64,000 nt of DNA, from positions 792,974-856,973 of the forward strand of contig JAVLKG010000003.1 of NCBI GenBank assembly GCA_032128875.1. The letters are read 5' to 3'. The stretch comes from Candidatus Melainabacteria bacterium 17Bon1m. Lineage in GTDB: Bacteria; Cyanobacteriota; Vampirovibrionia; Obscuribacterales; Obscuribacteraceae. Positions 27,496 through 37,852 of the stretch are shown here, piece after piece (within the stretch, counting starts at the first letter, position 1; each line of letters starts with the position of its first letter). The position numbers were made by a program, and so were the translations under genes. The notes below the pieces were generated by a model that did no database searches, was not told the DNA's origin, and worked only from the letters and a program-made list of their open reading frames with translations.

Positions 27496-28938
27496 TTAGA
27501 TGCCTTTGAATTCGAAGTTGCGTGTTTGCTTCTTCGGATTGATAGTCGAGAGTTTGACGAAATTAGCAGCTCCGCGCGCAGCGATCGGTAGACCGCCGGT
27601 GATGATTATATTGTCTTTCGGAGAGACCAAGCCCCGCTTCAACAGCGTTTCTTCGACAAGCGCCAATGTGGATTCGGAATCGCTGACTTCTGTAAGCATC
27701 AGAGGCGTGGTGCCCCAGAGAAGTGACAGTTGCCTGTAAACGTATTCATGCTGGGTAAGAGCGATGATTGAAACTGGTGGGCGGAATTGTGACACTAATC
27801 GAGCAGTGGAGCCGGTCTTTGTGAATGTTGCAACTACTCTTGCGTCCATGTCCAGAGCCATGGCAACAGCTGCGTGTGCCACCGCTTGTGATGCGGTATG
27901 TAGTGGGTGTTCTACAATTCTGGAACTCATTGTTGCTTCGGCCTGATAGGCGATTCTGTCCATCATCCGCACTGCTTCAAGTGGATAGCTGCCCATCGCC
28001 GTCTCTTCCGAAAGCATGACAGCGTCCGTGCCATCGAAAATCGCATTGGCTACGTCAGAGGCTTCCGCTCTGGTTGGGCGAGGATTGTTAGCCATCGAAT
28101 CAAGCATTTGCGTTGCTGTGATTACAGGCTTCGCCTTTTGATTGGCGCGTTTGATGATCATCTTTTGGATGGGTGGAACTTTCTCGGGTGGGAGTTCTAC
28201 ACCCAAGTCGCCGCGTGCCACCATGACACCATCTGCGGCATCAAGGATGGCTTCAAGCTGATCGATTGCTTCCGGTTTTTCCAGTTTGGCAATGATCATC
28301 GGAGGCGGCCAATGGTCGCCGATTGCTTCTCTCAAGTCGACAATATCTTTGGCATCGCGAACGAATGAGAGCGCGACGAAATCGACTTCATTCTTCAAGC
28401 CGACAACTAAATCGGTCCTGTCTTTTTCGGTAAGTGCAGGAATGGAAAGGCGCACGCCAGGAATGTTGATGCCTTGATGATCTTTCAAGTGTGCTGCGGT
28501 GAGAACTTCGCACTCAGCATCAGTTTCGGTGGATTTTTTGACGCGCAGTTCGATGATGCCATCGTCCAAAAGGATCGTATCGCCTGCTTTCACTTCTTTT
28601 GAGAGGCGAGGATAGTTGGCGGTGACAATTTCGCTCGAGCCTTCAACTTTGCGGCTCGTGAGTGTGAATTTTTGCCCCACCTTCAGTTGGACACCTTTGC
28701 CGCCGGCAATTCTGCCGGTTCTTATCTTTGGTCCGGATAAGTCGAGAAGAATTCCTACTGAGGTATCGAGCTGTTTGGCGATGGCCCTTAGATCGTGGAT
28801 CACGCCTTCGATGTCTTCATGCGATGCATGGGAGCAGTTGATGCGTGCAACATCCATGCCCGATCGGATCAATTCTTCCAACATCTCCTTGGAGCGGCAT
28901 GCCGGACCAATTGTCGCGATAATTTTTGTTCGAGTCAT
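27496..28938 (-). CDS. pyk: Pyruvate kinase
   Basis: RTKIIATIGPA, MVARGDLGVE, ATQMLDSM, PTRAE, DAVMLS.ETA. Confidence 0.97.
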   Translation of the reverse strand: MTRTKIIATIGPACRSKEMLEELIRSGMDVARINCSHASHEDIEGVIHDLRAIAKQLDTSVGILLDLSGPKIRTGRIAGGKGVQLKVGQKFTLTSRKVEGSSEIVTANYPRLSKEVKAGDTILLDDGIIELRVKKSTETDAECEVLTAAHLKDHQGINIPGVRLSIPALTEKDRTDLVVGLKNEVDFVALSFVRDAKDIVDLREAIGDHWPPPMIIAKLEKPEAIDQLEAILDAADGVMVARGDLGVELPPEKVPPIQKMIIKRANQKAKPVITATQMLDSMANNPRPTRAEASDVANAIFDGTDAVMLSEETAMGSYPLEAVRMMDRIAYQAEATMSSRIVEHPLHTASQAVAHAAVAMALDMDARVVATFTKTGSTARLVSQFRPPVSIIALTQHEYVYRQLSLLWGTTPLMLTEVSDSESTLALVEETLLKRGLVSPKDNIIITGGLPIAARGAANFVKLSTINPKKQTRNFEFKGI

Positions 28939-29029
28939 CGAATTGGTTTCTCTCTTTTCCTGGCAACAGGTAGTCGTTTCTCTAAAGCGCTTGCGGACGA
29001 TAACTTGGTCCGATGTCTTAATGCACTTG

Positions 29030-30682
29030 CTATGCCGGTGTCGACACTTGCTGCGACAAGAACCAGCTGGGAGAAACATCTGGGAACAGATTGTCGATCG
29101 ACTCGATTTCGGAGAGGCGATTGTTGTCGAAGTTGTTTTCTCTGAGCATTTTGGCTAAATCTTTGAAGCGCTCGTAGTGCCCTTCAAAGCGTTCTTTAGC
29201 ATAGACTTTGGCTTGACCTGTCGTGACAAGGAACGGCCAGTCACTGGATTGAATGAGCAGATTCTCGCGGCAGAGTTGTTTGATTGCGCGGCGAGCCGAA
29301 TCGTCGGAGGTGTTCTCAAACATCTGGCACAACGTCTCTGTTGTGTGCTCGCATTCCGAAATGATGGGCCACATCCATTCAGTTTCGTTATTCAACCAAA
29401 CTTGCCAGTGTCCGCCAGAACCCCAAGATGATTCTGGTAATTCTATTGCCTTGGTCGGTTGTTGAGCTTCCAAATATTCTGAAGCTGTGCGCATGGTGAC
29501 TGCTGTGTACTGGCGAAGTTTCTTGATCACTTCTTTGATCCAGGTAACGCCTTCAAACCACCAGTGTCCGAATAGTTCGGTGTCAAAACTGGCCATTACC
29601 AAACCAGGCTCACCGGTTCTCTTCAAGTGATCCGTCAGGCACTGTTGCAAGAAGCCGACATAGTGATCGGAATTTTCATTCAATCTGGTCATCGCAGCTT
29701 CCGGGTTGTAGAGCTGCTTTGCGCCGAGATCTGTAGACTTAGAAGTGAGCTTCCAGTAATGCAAGCCGGAGTTGTCGTCTTTCTTATGGAACTCACGATA
29801 ATTGCCGTCGCCCGGATAACCTTGATCGGCGGACCAGACAAGATAGCCGGCTTCTTCGTGTCTGCCCATGACGGCGACCGGATATTCCTTAAGCCAGAAA
29901 GCTTCGAATGTGTCTAGACCTGTTTCTGGTCTTGGCGCCGCCGGAATGTATTCGATTGATCCGTAAGGTCCGATTACTCTGCGCATCTCAGCGCTCTGTC
30001 CGCCCTTGATTACAAAAGACTCGGTGAAAAAGTACTGGAGACCCAGCTCATGGAGCCACTTTTCCAGTGGTGGGCGTTTTCCTGATGCTGGTCTGTAGGC
30101 GCATTCTGGCAGCCAGAAGCCTTTCGGGTCGCGACCAAAGTGGCGTTTATAAGTTTCGACGCCGGTCTTGTACTGCGCAAAAATTGCCGAGTCAGTTTCC
30201 AGCAAGGGAGAGAAACAGTGAGTGGCGGCCGAGGTTGCCACCTCGATGCAGCCGGCATCTTGAAAGCGCTTGAAAGCTCCGATCAGATCTCTTTGCCAGC
30301 GCTCGCGCCAATCTCTTTGGATGTGGTTGAAGAGGTTGACGTAAAATCGCGCCAACAGCAGTTTGTTTGGATTCGAATTTTCGCCGCGGACGCTGTAAAG
30401 TTTTTCGTCCTTTTGTGCAGCTTCGATTTTGTCGGCTATGAATTTGTCGAAGCCGGCTTTGAAGTGTTCGTCTGAAAGCTGTTCTGCCAGAACAGGCGTG
30501 ATTCCAATTGTCAGTTTGGCTTGTATGCCTTCGTCAGCAAGGTCGCCAATCGCGTTGAGCAGCGGAATGTAGCTCTCCGCGATGCACTCGTACACACTTT
30601 CTTCACCGAAGGGCCACATTCCTGCTTTCCTGTAATACGGAAGATGGCTATGCAACATGAAGACAAATGAACCGACACTCAC
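29030..30682 (-). CDS. GH57 1,4-alpha-glucan branching enzyme (DUF1957 type)
   Basis: HSHLPY, WLPECAY nucleophile, FDTELFGHWWFEG, ESSWG, QSSDW; GTG start with GAGG RBS. Confidence 0.9.
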   Translation of the reverse strand: MSVGSFVFMLHSHLPYYRKAGMWPFGEESVYECIAESYIPLLNAIGDLADEGIQAKLTIGITPVLAEQLSDEHFKAGFDKFIADKIEAAQKDEKLYSVRGENSNPNKLLLARFYVNLFNHIQRDWRERWQRDLIGAFKRFQDAGCIEVATSAATHCFSPLLETDSAIFAQYKTGVETYKRHFGRDPKGFWLPECAYRPASGKRPPLEKWLHELGLQYFFTESFVIKGGQSAEMRRVIGPYGSIEYIPAAPRPETGLDTFEAFWLKEYPVAVMGRHEEAGYLVWSADQGYPGDGNYREFHKKDDNSGLHYWKLTSKSTDLGAKQLYNPEAAMTRLNENSDHYVGFLQQCLTDHLKRTGEPGLVMASFDTELFGHWWFEGVTWIKEVIKKLRQYTAVTMRTASEYLEAQQPTKAIELPESSWGSGGHWQVWLNNETEWMWPIISECEHTTETLCQMFENTSDDSARRAIKQLCRENLLIQSSDWPFLVTTGQAKVYAKERFEGHYERFKDLAKMLRENNFDNNRLSEIESIDNLFPDVSPSWFLSQQVSTPA

Positions 30683-30760
30683 GCGAATATACCTCTTAAG
30701 TCCTTTAGTTCTGAGACTCGCCATGGCGGGAGCCCGCCTCAGACATCCAATAGCAAACGA

Positions 30761-30805
30761 GTTGCAACACAGGGACAGGCAAGCTGTTGCAATATAGGAA
30801 CAGGC
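30761..30805. repeat. 20-bp direct repeat x2 upstream of GH57-pyk
   Basis: GTTGCAACACAGGGACAGGC (30761-30780) and GTTGCAATATAGGAACAGGC (30786-30805), 17/20 identical. Confidence 0.7.
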
Positions 30806-31010
30806 CGAAATATATCAATAAGAGAGTCAACGTGTCATCAAGAATCAGGTAATCCGTAACTATTCTTGAAAAGAAGAGGTATCCTTGTATTGAAGTGCTC
30901 AAGCGGGTGCGCTGTTGTTTCCGGTAGTTCACAACCGGCTAAAGAGCCGCTCCTCCGCAAGGTCATGCGGCGTTGAAAGAGACCTGTCAAAAGAGAATAG
31001 GGATATCTTG

Positions 31011-31328
31011 ATGTCAGAAGAAGAAAATCCGAGTCCGCCACCTACAGAAGACGCAACTCCTAAAGCGCCGCGCCGCGTTTTGGCCCCAAAGCCGAAGCCA
31101 GTGGCCGGCACCGAAAAGAAGGAAGACAATAAGGTCGTCAAGCTCCTGGAGAAAAATCCGCTGGGCATGACCCTTCCTGAAATGGCGGGTGGCACTCGGC
31201 AACTTAAAAAGATTCGCCAGCTCAGACCGCAGCTTGCTGAAGCGCTCAATACCGGGCTCGTTATGCCAATTTCTCAGCGCGCCGGGCACACTGTCTACAA
31301 GCTGGTCAAGCACATGGGACCTCGTTAG
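31011..31328 (+). CDS. Small basic hypothetical protein, possibly winged-helix
   Basis: Disordered Pro-rich N-terminus then VVKLLEKNP.GMTLPEMA...L....GLV...HTVYKL, a wHTH-like pattern. Confidence 0.55.
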   Translation: MSEEENPSPPPTEDATPKAPRRVLAPKPKPVAGTEKKEDNKVVKLLEKNPLGMTLPEMAGGTRQLKKIRQLRPQLAEALNTGLVMPISQRAGHTVYKLVKHMGPR

Positions 31329-31666
31329 TCTCTATCAGTTCGCGCCAATTTCTCGGCAATGGCGGCTAGATGTTTCTGGTCTTTGTCTTGTTCTACGGCG
31401 CCAGTGGCTGTGCTTGCGACAAAAACAGTCTTCAATCGGCCACTTTTCCCTGACAAAATGTGCACATTAGCCAGTGGTACTGCGAAGCTAGCCGAGATGA
31501 ATTTGAGCAAGGCTGCATTTGCTGCGCCGTCAACCGCTTTAGCGGCAATTTTTACTCTGATTCGGTTGTCGTGAACACCTGCGAATTCGTCCTTCTTGGC
31601 TCCGGGAGAAACTTTGAGGTCCAGGGTTATACCCTTCTTACCTTCGCGCTGCGACAGTTTGAACAT
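31325..31666 (-). CDS. DUF167 / YggU family protein
   Basis: LKVSPGAK, AKAVDGAANAAL, ILSG.SGRLK. Confidence 0.85.
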   Translation of the reverse strand: MFKLSQREGKKGITLDLKVSPGAKKDEFAGVHDNRIRVKIAAKAVDGAANAALLKFISASFAVPLANVHILSGKSGRLKTVFVASTATGAVEQDKDQKHLAAIAEKLARTDRD

Positions 31667-31856
31667 CCTTTTTCCCTTTTGTCCGGATCTGGCAAAGCCC
31701 TGGCCCGCCCTGTTTTGCTCCGAATGCAAACAGATTTTTGCCATGAAAAAATTACGCCTATCTTAAATCAAACTCCCGATTCAAACCCTTTCGGATAGAC
31801 TGCCTTCATTACCGCACTTGGTAGAATGAGCCGGTGCGTTCCAAATTTCAGGCGGA

Positions 31857-32765
31857 TTGAGTGTGTCGGTAAAAATCGCAGATATCGAGCTGGGTGGCGG
31901 CAAAGACCTGGTAATAATTGCCGGACCTTGTGTCATCGAAAATTTTGAGACTATATACAACACGGCATCTTATCTGAAGGAGCTGTCGCAGAAGTTGGGC
32001 TTTCGCCTCGTTTTCAAAGCTTCGTTCGATAAAGCCAACCGCACGTCCATCCATTCATTTCGCGGTCCTGGACTGACAGAAGGGCTGGCGATGCTGGCCG
32101 ACGTCAAGGCAAAACTTGGTCTGCCCGTACTAAGTGATATACATGAATCTTCGCAATGCAAGGAAGCCGGAAAGGTTCTAGACGTTTTGCAAATTCCTGC
32201 TTTTCTTTGCCGTCAAACCGATTTACTTATCGCGGCCGCTGAAACCGGCAAGTGCGTAAACGTCAAAAAAGGTCAGTTTGTTGCACCTAACGACATGCAA
32301 AATGTCGTGACCAAAGTATTCGAATGCGGCAATAAGAATGTTGTTCTTACTGAGCGTGGTACCACATTTGGTTACAATAATCTGGTTGTCGATATGCGCT
32401 CAATTCCGATTATGCAGTCATTTGGCGTGCCGGTTGTGTTTGACGCAACGCACAGCGTTCAACTTCCCGGAGGCGGCGGTACGGTTTCAAGTGGTCAGCG
32501 CCAGTATGTTCCGACGCTGGCTCGAGCTGCAGTCGCTGCGGGCTGCGATGGTGTTTTCATGGAATGCCACCCCAATCCTGATGAAGCAAAAAGCGATGGA
32601 CCTAACCAAGTTCCGCTTTCTCATGTAAGCGCATTGATCGAACAGTTGTTGGCCGTTCACAAACTGGCTAAGAGTCTGCCCGATCTCGAGTTACCGCAAA
32701 CAGGCAAGTGCACTCCTTTCGATTTCAAGTCTGCAGACAGTCTCAAGACTGCTGCTGCTCGCTAG
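31857..32765 (+). CDS. kdsA: KDO8P synthase (3-deoxy-8-phosphooctulonate synthase)
   Basis: AGPCVIE, KASFDKANRTS, PAFLCRQTDL, KKGQF, DATHSVQ.PG, SDGPN. Confidence 0.97.
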   Translation: MSVSVKIADIELGGGKDLVIIAGPCVIENFETIYNTASYLKELSQKLGFRLVFKASFDKANRTSIHSFRGPGLTEGLAMLADVKAKLGLPVLSDIHESSQCKEAGKVLDVLQIPAFLCRQTDLLIAAAETGKCVNVKKGQFVAPNDMQNVVTKVFECGNKNVVLTERGTTFGYNNLVVDMRSIPIMQSFGVPVVFDATHSVQLPGGGGTVSSGQRQYVPTLARAAVAAGCDGVFMECHPNPDEAKSDGPNQVPLSHVSALIEQLLAVHKLAKSLPDLELPQTGKCTPFDFKSADSLKTAAAR

Positions 32766-32778
32766 ACAGTAAACTCTT

Positions 32779-35571
32779 TTGGCACAGAAATCAGTTACTC
32801 GAAAAACAGTTTGCGGAGTAAGACCATTTCGGTCTGTCGCCACTGCTCTCATTCTTACGCTTGCGACTCTTTTGCCGTTGGTGCTTCCTTTTGCCGGTGC
32901 ACGGGCTCAAGAAGAGGAAGCTACCGAACTGACAGTATCGGAAATTGTCGATAAAACCTTCACTGCCTATGGTGGCAAGGAAGCGCTCGAACAAATTGAT
33001 TATCTCTCTGTGGTCAATGGAAAACAGATTTCAACGGTCGCCGGAAAGCGCACGGAGCTCGGCTACAGATGTGCCAGAAAGAACGGCAAGTGGCGAATTG
33101 ATCTGGAGCGTTTGCCGGAAAAGCCACCTGAAACTTCTGCGGATACATCTCAAAAGGCGGCGCCTGAATCTGACAAGGGTGGTGAAGAAAGTAAAGCTGC
33201 AGATTCTGCTGCCGGTGCAGCTTCTGGCGGTTCTCAGGCAGCGACCAAACAGGCAGAAGTCAGACCGGAAACCAAGCCAGAAACCAAATCGATTCAACCC
33301 TCCGAAGTTTTTGGATTTGATGGGCATAACGGTTGGCGTCTAGTTGGAAAAGAGGCTTCTGCTCTATCAGGCGATGAATTGGATGCTCTTACGGAAAAGG
33401 TTTGTCGTCATCCCGGCCTTCTGACTTACTGGCAAGAACCTGACACTGAATTGAAATTGGTGGGGCGTACTTTATATAAGCAACTGCCGGTCTATACTCT
33501 GGCGCTTGTGGCGAAGGGGCGTACCCCCACTACGTTCTATGTAGACGAGAAGAACTTTCTTGTTATTGCTCTTGCTTATGATATTGCTGGTGCCGGCGAC
33601 AAGAGCGTTCATTACACAATTGAGTATTCTCAGTATCGGCCGACAGGCGGCACCCTGTTTCCCTTTAAACAGATTCAGTTTAAGGATCAAGTGAGAGAGT
33701 CGGAATTGCTTCTTACCAGCGCCTCGGTAGGACAGCCGGTTGAAGATTCGCTCTTTGACAGACCTAAGCAAACTGGACGATTTCGCCTGTCGCGCAGTCT
33801 TACCGTTCCTTTCGAGTATGCCGACAATGAGATTGTGGTGAAGTGCCGACTCAACAATAGTGAAGATGTCGATTTTCTTTTTGACACCGGCGCTTCCGAC
33901 ACGATTATCGACCGTCGAATTGCTGCTCAAAACTTCCTGGCAAAACAGGACAAATTCGACATTGCGGGCTACAGCGGAATTGTGCAAGCAAATCGCTCTG
34001 AACTTAAACGTTTTGAGATTGGCCCTCTTGTTTTGAACGACGTGCCTGTACGCGTGCTCGATATGAGTGCGCAGTCGAGGCAGATGGGGCGGCAGATTGC
34101 TGGCATTATCGGTACAAACATAATTAGCCAGTTCTTGGTCACAATCGACTACAGTAAGCCCAATCTTGTTTTTGAAGATATGGAAACAGCGGTGCGACCG
34201 ATTAAAGCGGCCAACGTTCCATTTATAGTGCGTCAGTTGCCTTATATCAAAGTCTCGCTGAACGGGCGCGACGAGCAGCTTTTGCTGGTTGATACGGGTG
34301 CTGCTTTCAATCACCTACCTACGGGTGTTGCTCAACGGCATGTGCAAGGGGATCCTGCGGCGGTGCGGCATGTCACCGAGGCGACTGGTCTTGATGGCAG
34401 GCCGGTACAGCTTGGACGCGTGGTTATCGACAGTGTTGGTTTGGGTGGACTGACCCGACGGGGTGTTCCATTTACTTATCCGATTCAGCAAGAGAAGCGT
34501 CTATCTCCGAAGAAGCCGACGCCCGAAGGCAAGGAGCGAGCAGGGTTTTTCCAGGATTCTAATTTCGGCATTTTAGGAAATCCGTTCTGGGAAAATTTCA
34601 TTGTCACGGTAGACTATCGATTCCAGCGATTGCTCTTGCAGCAAAACCCAGTGTACAAGCTGAGGAACGACATGGATGATGCGCTGTCGCGTGGAGACAA
34701 CATGCTGGTGGCGCGGCGAGATTACCGTCAAGCAGAAGTGTATTACCAGAAAGCCTTACTCCTGGCCGATGGTGCGCGGGACATCAAAATGCAAGCGCGT
34801 CTTCTGGGACGGCTCGGCAATTTGCGCCGTATTATGGCGAAAGATTTGAACCGTCCTGAACATGCTAAGGCGGCGTATCAGTATTTTGTGCGTGCACAGG
34901 AATTGGCGAAGAAAGTCGCTGCTCGTGATGTTGAAGGACGAATTCTTGCGGATTGGAGTCTTCTCTACAGCGACAATGGACAGAAGGCGATCGCCAAGCA
35001 AGCAATCGATAGGGCGATGGTGCTGGCTCCGCAGGATGCGAACGTCAACGTTGATTGTGCAGTGCACCTCTATCGCGCCAAGCTTTTCCCTGAGATGCAA
35101 CGCTATGTCGAAAAGGCTCTTTTCCTTGAACCCTCCAACTGGTCCGCACTCTGGTATCAGGTGAAGCTAAGTGAAAATTTCCAGGACCTACCGCGGGTGG
35201 TGGCAACGCTAAAAGAAATTCTGCGCTTCTACCCCTGGTCTAAAGTCGCTCAAGAAAAATTGGCTTCGGTTAAGGCAAGCATGAATTTGCCAACAGTCAC
35301 ACCGGCAAAAGAAGAGCCGGTGCAGCAAGTACAGCCTGCGCCGCCGGTCAATCCCGGCGTAAATCCGTGGATGCCGCGCGTACCATCTGTCACTCCGACT
35401 CCAGCCGGCAAGTCTGTGCCGACTATATCGCCGTGGAATCAACCGGGTCGAGGTCAGCCATCGGTGCCCATGATCACACCGATGAATCGCCCTGTTGGAC
35501 CGGGTTCTGCAGGTGGCGCCAGAAATGTGCCAATGATTGTGCCGACGAATTCAAATGAGAAAGTACGCTAA
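32779..35571 (+). CDS. Secreted multidomain protein: LolA-like beta domain, two retropepsin-like aspartyl protease domains, TPRs, Pro-rich tail
   Basis: Signal peptide; AYGG..AL, YSQYR..GG.LFPF, DSLFDRP; FLFDTGA and LLVDTGA with GIIG/GILG; TPR helices. Confidence 0.75.
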   Translation: MAQKSVTRKTVCGVRPFRSVATALILTLATLLPLVLPFAGARAQEEEATELTVSEIVDKTFTAYGGKEALEQIDYLSVVNGKQISTVAGKRTELGYRCARKNGKWRIDLERLPEKPPETSADTSQKAAPESDKGGEESKAADSAAGAASGGSQAATKQAEVRPETKPETKSIQPSEVFGFDGHNGWRLVGKEASALSGDELDALTEKVCRHPGLLTYWQEPDTELKLVGRTLYKQLPVYTLALVAKGRTPTTFYVDEKNFLVIALAYDIAGAGDKSVHYTIEYSQYRPTGGTLFPFKQIQFKDQVRESELLLTSASVGQPVEDSLFDRPKQTGRFRLSRSLTVPFEYADNEIVVKCRLNNSEDVDFLFDTGASDTIIDRRIAAQNFLAKQDKFDIAGYSGIVQANRSELKRFEIGPLVLNDVPVRVLDMSAQSRQMGRQIAGIIGTNIISQFLVTIDYSKPNLVFEDMETAVRPIKAANVPFIVRQLPYIKVSLNGRDEQLLLVDTGAAFNHLPTGVAQRHVQGDPAAVRHVTEATGLDGRPVQLGRVVIDSVGLGGLTRRGVPFTYPIQQEKRLSPKKPTPEGKERAGFFQDSNFGILGNPFWENFIVTVDYRFQRLLLQQNPVYKLRNDMDDALSRGDNMLVARRDYRQAEVYYQKALLLADGARDIKMQARLLGRLGNLRRIMAKDLNRPEHAKAAYQYFVRAQELAKKVAARDVEGRILADWSLLYSDNGQKAIAKQAIDRAMVLAPQDANVNVDCAVHLYRAKLFPEMQRYVEKALFLEPSNWSALWYQVKLSENFQDLPRVVATLKEILRFYPWSKVAQEKLASVKASMNLPTVTPAKEEPVQQVQPAPPVNPGVNPWMPRVPSVTPTPAGKSVPTISPWNQPGRGQPSVPMITPMNRPVGPGSAGGARNVPMIVPTNSNEKVR

Positions 35572-35582
35572 GCGGTAAAAAG

Positions 35583-36305
35583 CTACTGTGCCTTTTGACC
35601 TGCCGCTGTTCTTACAGCTCCAGATAGATTGGTGAACTTAGGAGTGAACCAGTACTTACGCATTTCCTTGTAGGCTGTATCGTAGTCGTATCCATCGCGC
35701 ATCACTCTCCAGATGCCGATCATGCAGCCTGTGCGGTCTGAACCGTGAGCGCAATGAACTAGCACTGCCTGCTTGGGAGTTCCAACCTTTGCGTTTTTTT
35801 CCAGCTGAGCAGATTCTGCTTTCGCAATTTTGTCGGCTTGGCCCGGTTCAGTTACTTCCACCGCATTGCCTTTCGCTTTGTCGATTTCTTCAACTAAGCG
35901 CTTAATTTGTTTGCTGGTCGGTGCTTTGGAGTTCATCGGCATACTGATGTAGCGGATGCCCAGTTCTTTTGCTGCATCTTTTTCGCTGTACGACATCTCG
36001 CCGGGATTGCGCAGGTCGAAGATGGTTGTAATACCCATCTCTTTTATCTTCTTCAATCCTTCTCTGGAAGGTTCGCCGCTGCGGAAGAGATAAGGGTGCA
36101 CCTGGTGAAAGTTCGGCAGGTCTTCTTTTACTTTTACTGCCTTGGTCGTTTGCGCTGTATCCGAGCTTTTTGCAGTTACCGCGGCAGGCGAATCGGCGGC
36201 TTGAGCGCCTATACTTGTCAGACACGAGTATAGAGCGCAGCTGGAAACGGTGAGAGTCAGGGCAATCGCCCGACCAAGGTTAACTGTTGTTAATAAAAGG
36301 CTCAA
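35583..36305 (-). CDS. Secreted PTP/dual-specificity phosphatase-family protein
   Basis: LPNFHQV...LFRSG.P, IFDLR, VHCAHGSDRTG (CX5R); signal-like segment ending AQA; start uncertain (TTG 36305). Confidence 0.8.
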   Translation of the reverse strand: MSLLLTTVNLGRAIALTLTVSSCALYSCLTSIGAQAADSPAAVTAKSSDTAQTTKAVKVKEDLPNFHQVHPYLFRSGEPSREGLKKIKEMGITTIFDLRNPGEMSYSEKDAAKELGIRYISMPMNSKAPTSKQIKRLVEEIDKAKGNAVEVTEPGQADKIAKAESAQLEKNAKVGTPKQAVLVHCAHGSDRTGCMIGIWRVMRDGYDYDTAYKEMRKYWFTPKFTNLSGAVRTAAGQKAQ

Positions 36306-36377
36306 AAATTGAACTCCGAAGCATGAATTTACGTATTCAATAATAGCGGACCCTGAAGTCTGGCTAGGAGAAAAACA

Positions 36378-37007
36378 GTGGACCTTACCGACGAGGCCAT
36401 CGTTGAAGAATTTAGACAGACTGGAGACTCGACAAAGTTCAAGTCTCTGGTTCGCCGATACCAAAATCGCGTTTACAACGCGGCTTTGCGTATCTTGGGA
36501 AACCAGGATGAAGCCGAAGAAGTTACACAAGATACTTTCTTGAAAGTGCATCAAGGAATTACCGGGTTTAGAAAAGAAGCTTCTTTTGCCTCATGGATCT
36601 TTCGGATCGCACATAACCTGTGTGTCGATGTCGTGAGAACAAAACAAAGACGAGCTGGGGTGAAAGTCGTGTCCTTCGATCCTCAATCTACACAGAATGA
36701 AGAAGATTCGCTGGATCCGGCTGTCAGTCTTTCTCAAATCGCCGATCCGTTGCCTTCACCGGCGCAGAGAGTAGATCTTGAAGAGCAACAACTTTTCATT
36801 GAGAAGACATTGTTAGCGTTGCCGGAGAATCAGCGAACAGTAGTTGTATTGCATGATATCGAAGGCTTCCAGTATCAAGAAATAGCCGATATCGTTGGCA
36901 CCAGCGTCGGAACCGTACGCTCACGTTTGCACTACGGTCGCTTAAAAATGAGAGAACTGCTTGCCCCCTATTTTGACAATCAAGGTGTTCAAGCCGCTTC
37001 AAGGTGA
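36378..37007 (+). CDS. ECF sigma-70 factor (RpoE-like)
   Basis: DEAEEVTQDTF, SWIFRIAHN, YQEIA..VG.SVGTVRSRL; RBS AGGAG. Confidence 0.93.
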   Translation: MDLTDEAIVEEFRQTGDSTKFKSLVRRYQNRVYNAALRILGNQDEAEEVTQDTFLKVHQGITGFRKEASFASWIFRIAHNLCVDVVRTKQRRAGVKVVSFDPQSTQNEEDSLDPAVSLSQIADPLPSPAQRVDLEEQQLFIEKTLLALPENQRTVVVLHDIEGFQYQEIADIVGTSVGTVRSRLHYGRLKMRELLAPYFDNQGVQAASR

Positions 37008-37852
37008 TTTCTATGTCTAGTAAGAATTCCCAATGTGAAAAATTTGTACCGATGCTTGATGCATTCGTCGACAATGAGCTGGAGGGCTCTGAGAAGGAGC
37101 AGGTTGTTCTGCACCTTGCTGCTTGCGATGATTGCACCAGGCAGGTGAAAGAAATCGAGGCGCTGAAAGTTTCGCTTTCGAGTTTGCCGCGCAGGCAAAT
37201 GAAGTTTGACCTGGCGGACAATTTTGATGAGGTTCTTTCCCGCAGCTCATCGGCTCAGAGCGAGCCGCCTAGCAATGTTGTGCCGTTGCGCAGCAAGCGT
37301 AAATGGTTGGTAGCATCTGCAACAGCGGCGGCCGCAGTTGTGATTGCAATTGCCGGTTCTATTGTTCTAAAAGGCGATCCGCAGCAAGTTGCACACTCGA
37401 ATGTTGACGAACAGTCCAAAATGATGGCAGTGAAGAGTGCCGGTTCGCCAGTTCAAAACGACAGCGAAAGCAGTAGTGCTCAGAGCGCTGTTGATACACA
37501 CTCGAAAGAAGATCTTGCGCAAACGCAGCAGCAAGAAAGAATTGCAGCTCATCGGCCCCAATCAAACACCAATTCTCCTGCAGCAAATAAGACTGCCGGT
37601 GCGCATTTGAGCGAGGAAACGGAAAGACTTGCACATGGCGAATCTACAACTGCTGTCGCACCAAATAGTGAAAGCACAGAACCTCTTGTCGCGCAGCAGA
37701 GCACTAAAACAGTCGTGCCTGCGTCGCAAGCAATACAAAGCAATCGTGCCGCTTCATCAGAGCTATTGGCACTTTATGAAGATGACGACGGCATCAGTTC
37801 GGATATCGGAGTAAGCACAGATGAGGATGGCCTTTATGCGATCAAGCTCTAA
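37004..37852 (+). CDS. Zinc-binding (ZAS) anti-sigma factor with one TM
   Basis: HLAACDDC HxxxCxxC motif, TM helix, disordered extracytoplasmic region; directly after ECF sigma. Confidence 0.85.
   Translation: MISMSSKNSQCEKFVPMLDAFVDNELEGSEKEQVVLHLAACDDCTRQVKEIEALKVSLSSLPRRQMKFDLADNFDEVLSRSSSAQSEPPSNVVPLRSKRKWLVASATAAAAVVIAIAGSIVLKGDPQQVAHSNVDEQSKMMAVKSAGSPVQNDSESSSAQSAVDTHSKEDLAQTQQQERIAAHRPQSNTNSPAANKTAGAHLSEETERLAHGESTTAVAPNSESTEPLVAQQSTKTVVPASQAIQSNRAASSELLALYEDDDGISSDIGVSTDEDGLYAIKL

Noticed and set aside
35583-36554. 323-aa version of the phosphatase ORF overlapping the ECF sigma gene
   Set aside because: The first ~80 codons are antisense to the sigma gene and its RBS; the signal peptide begins near 36305.
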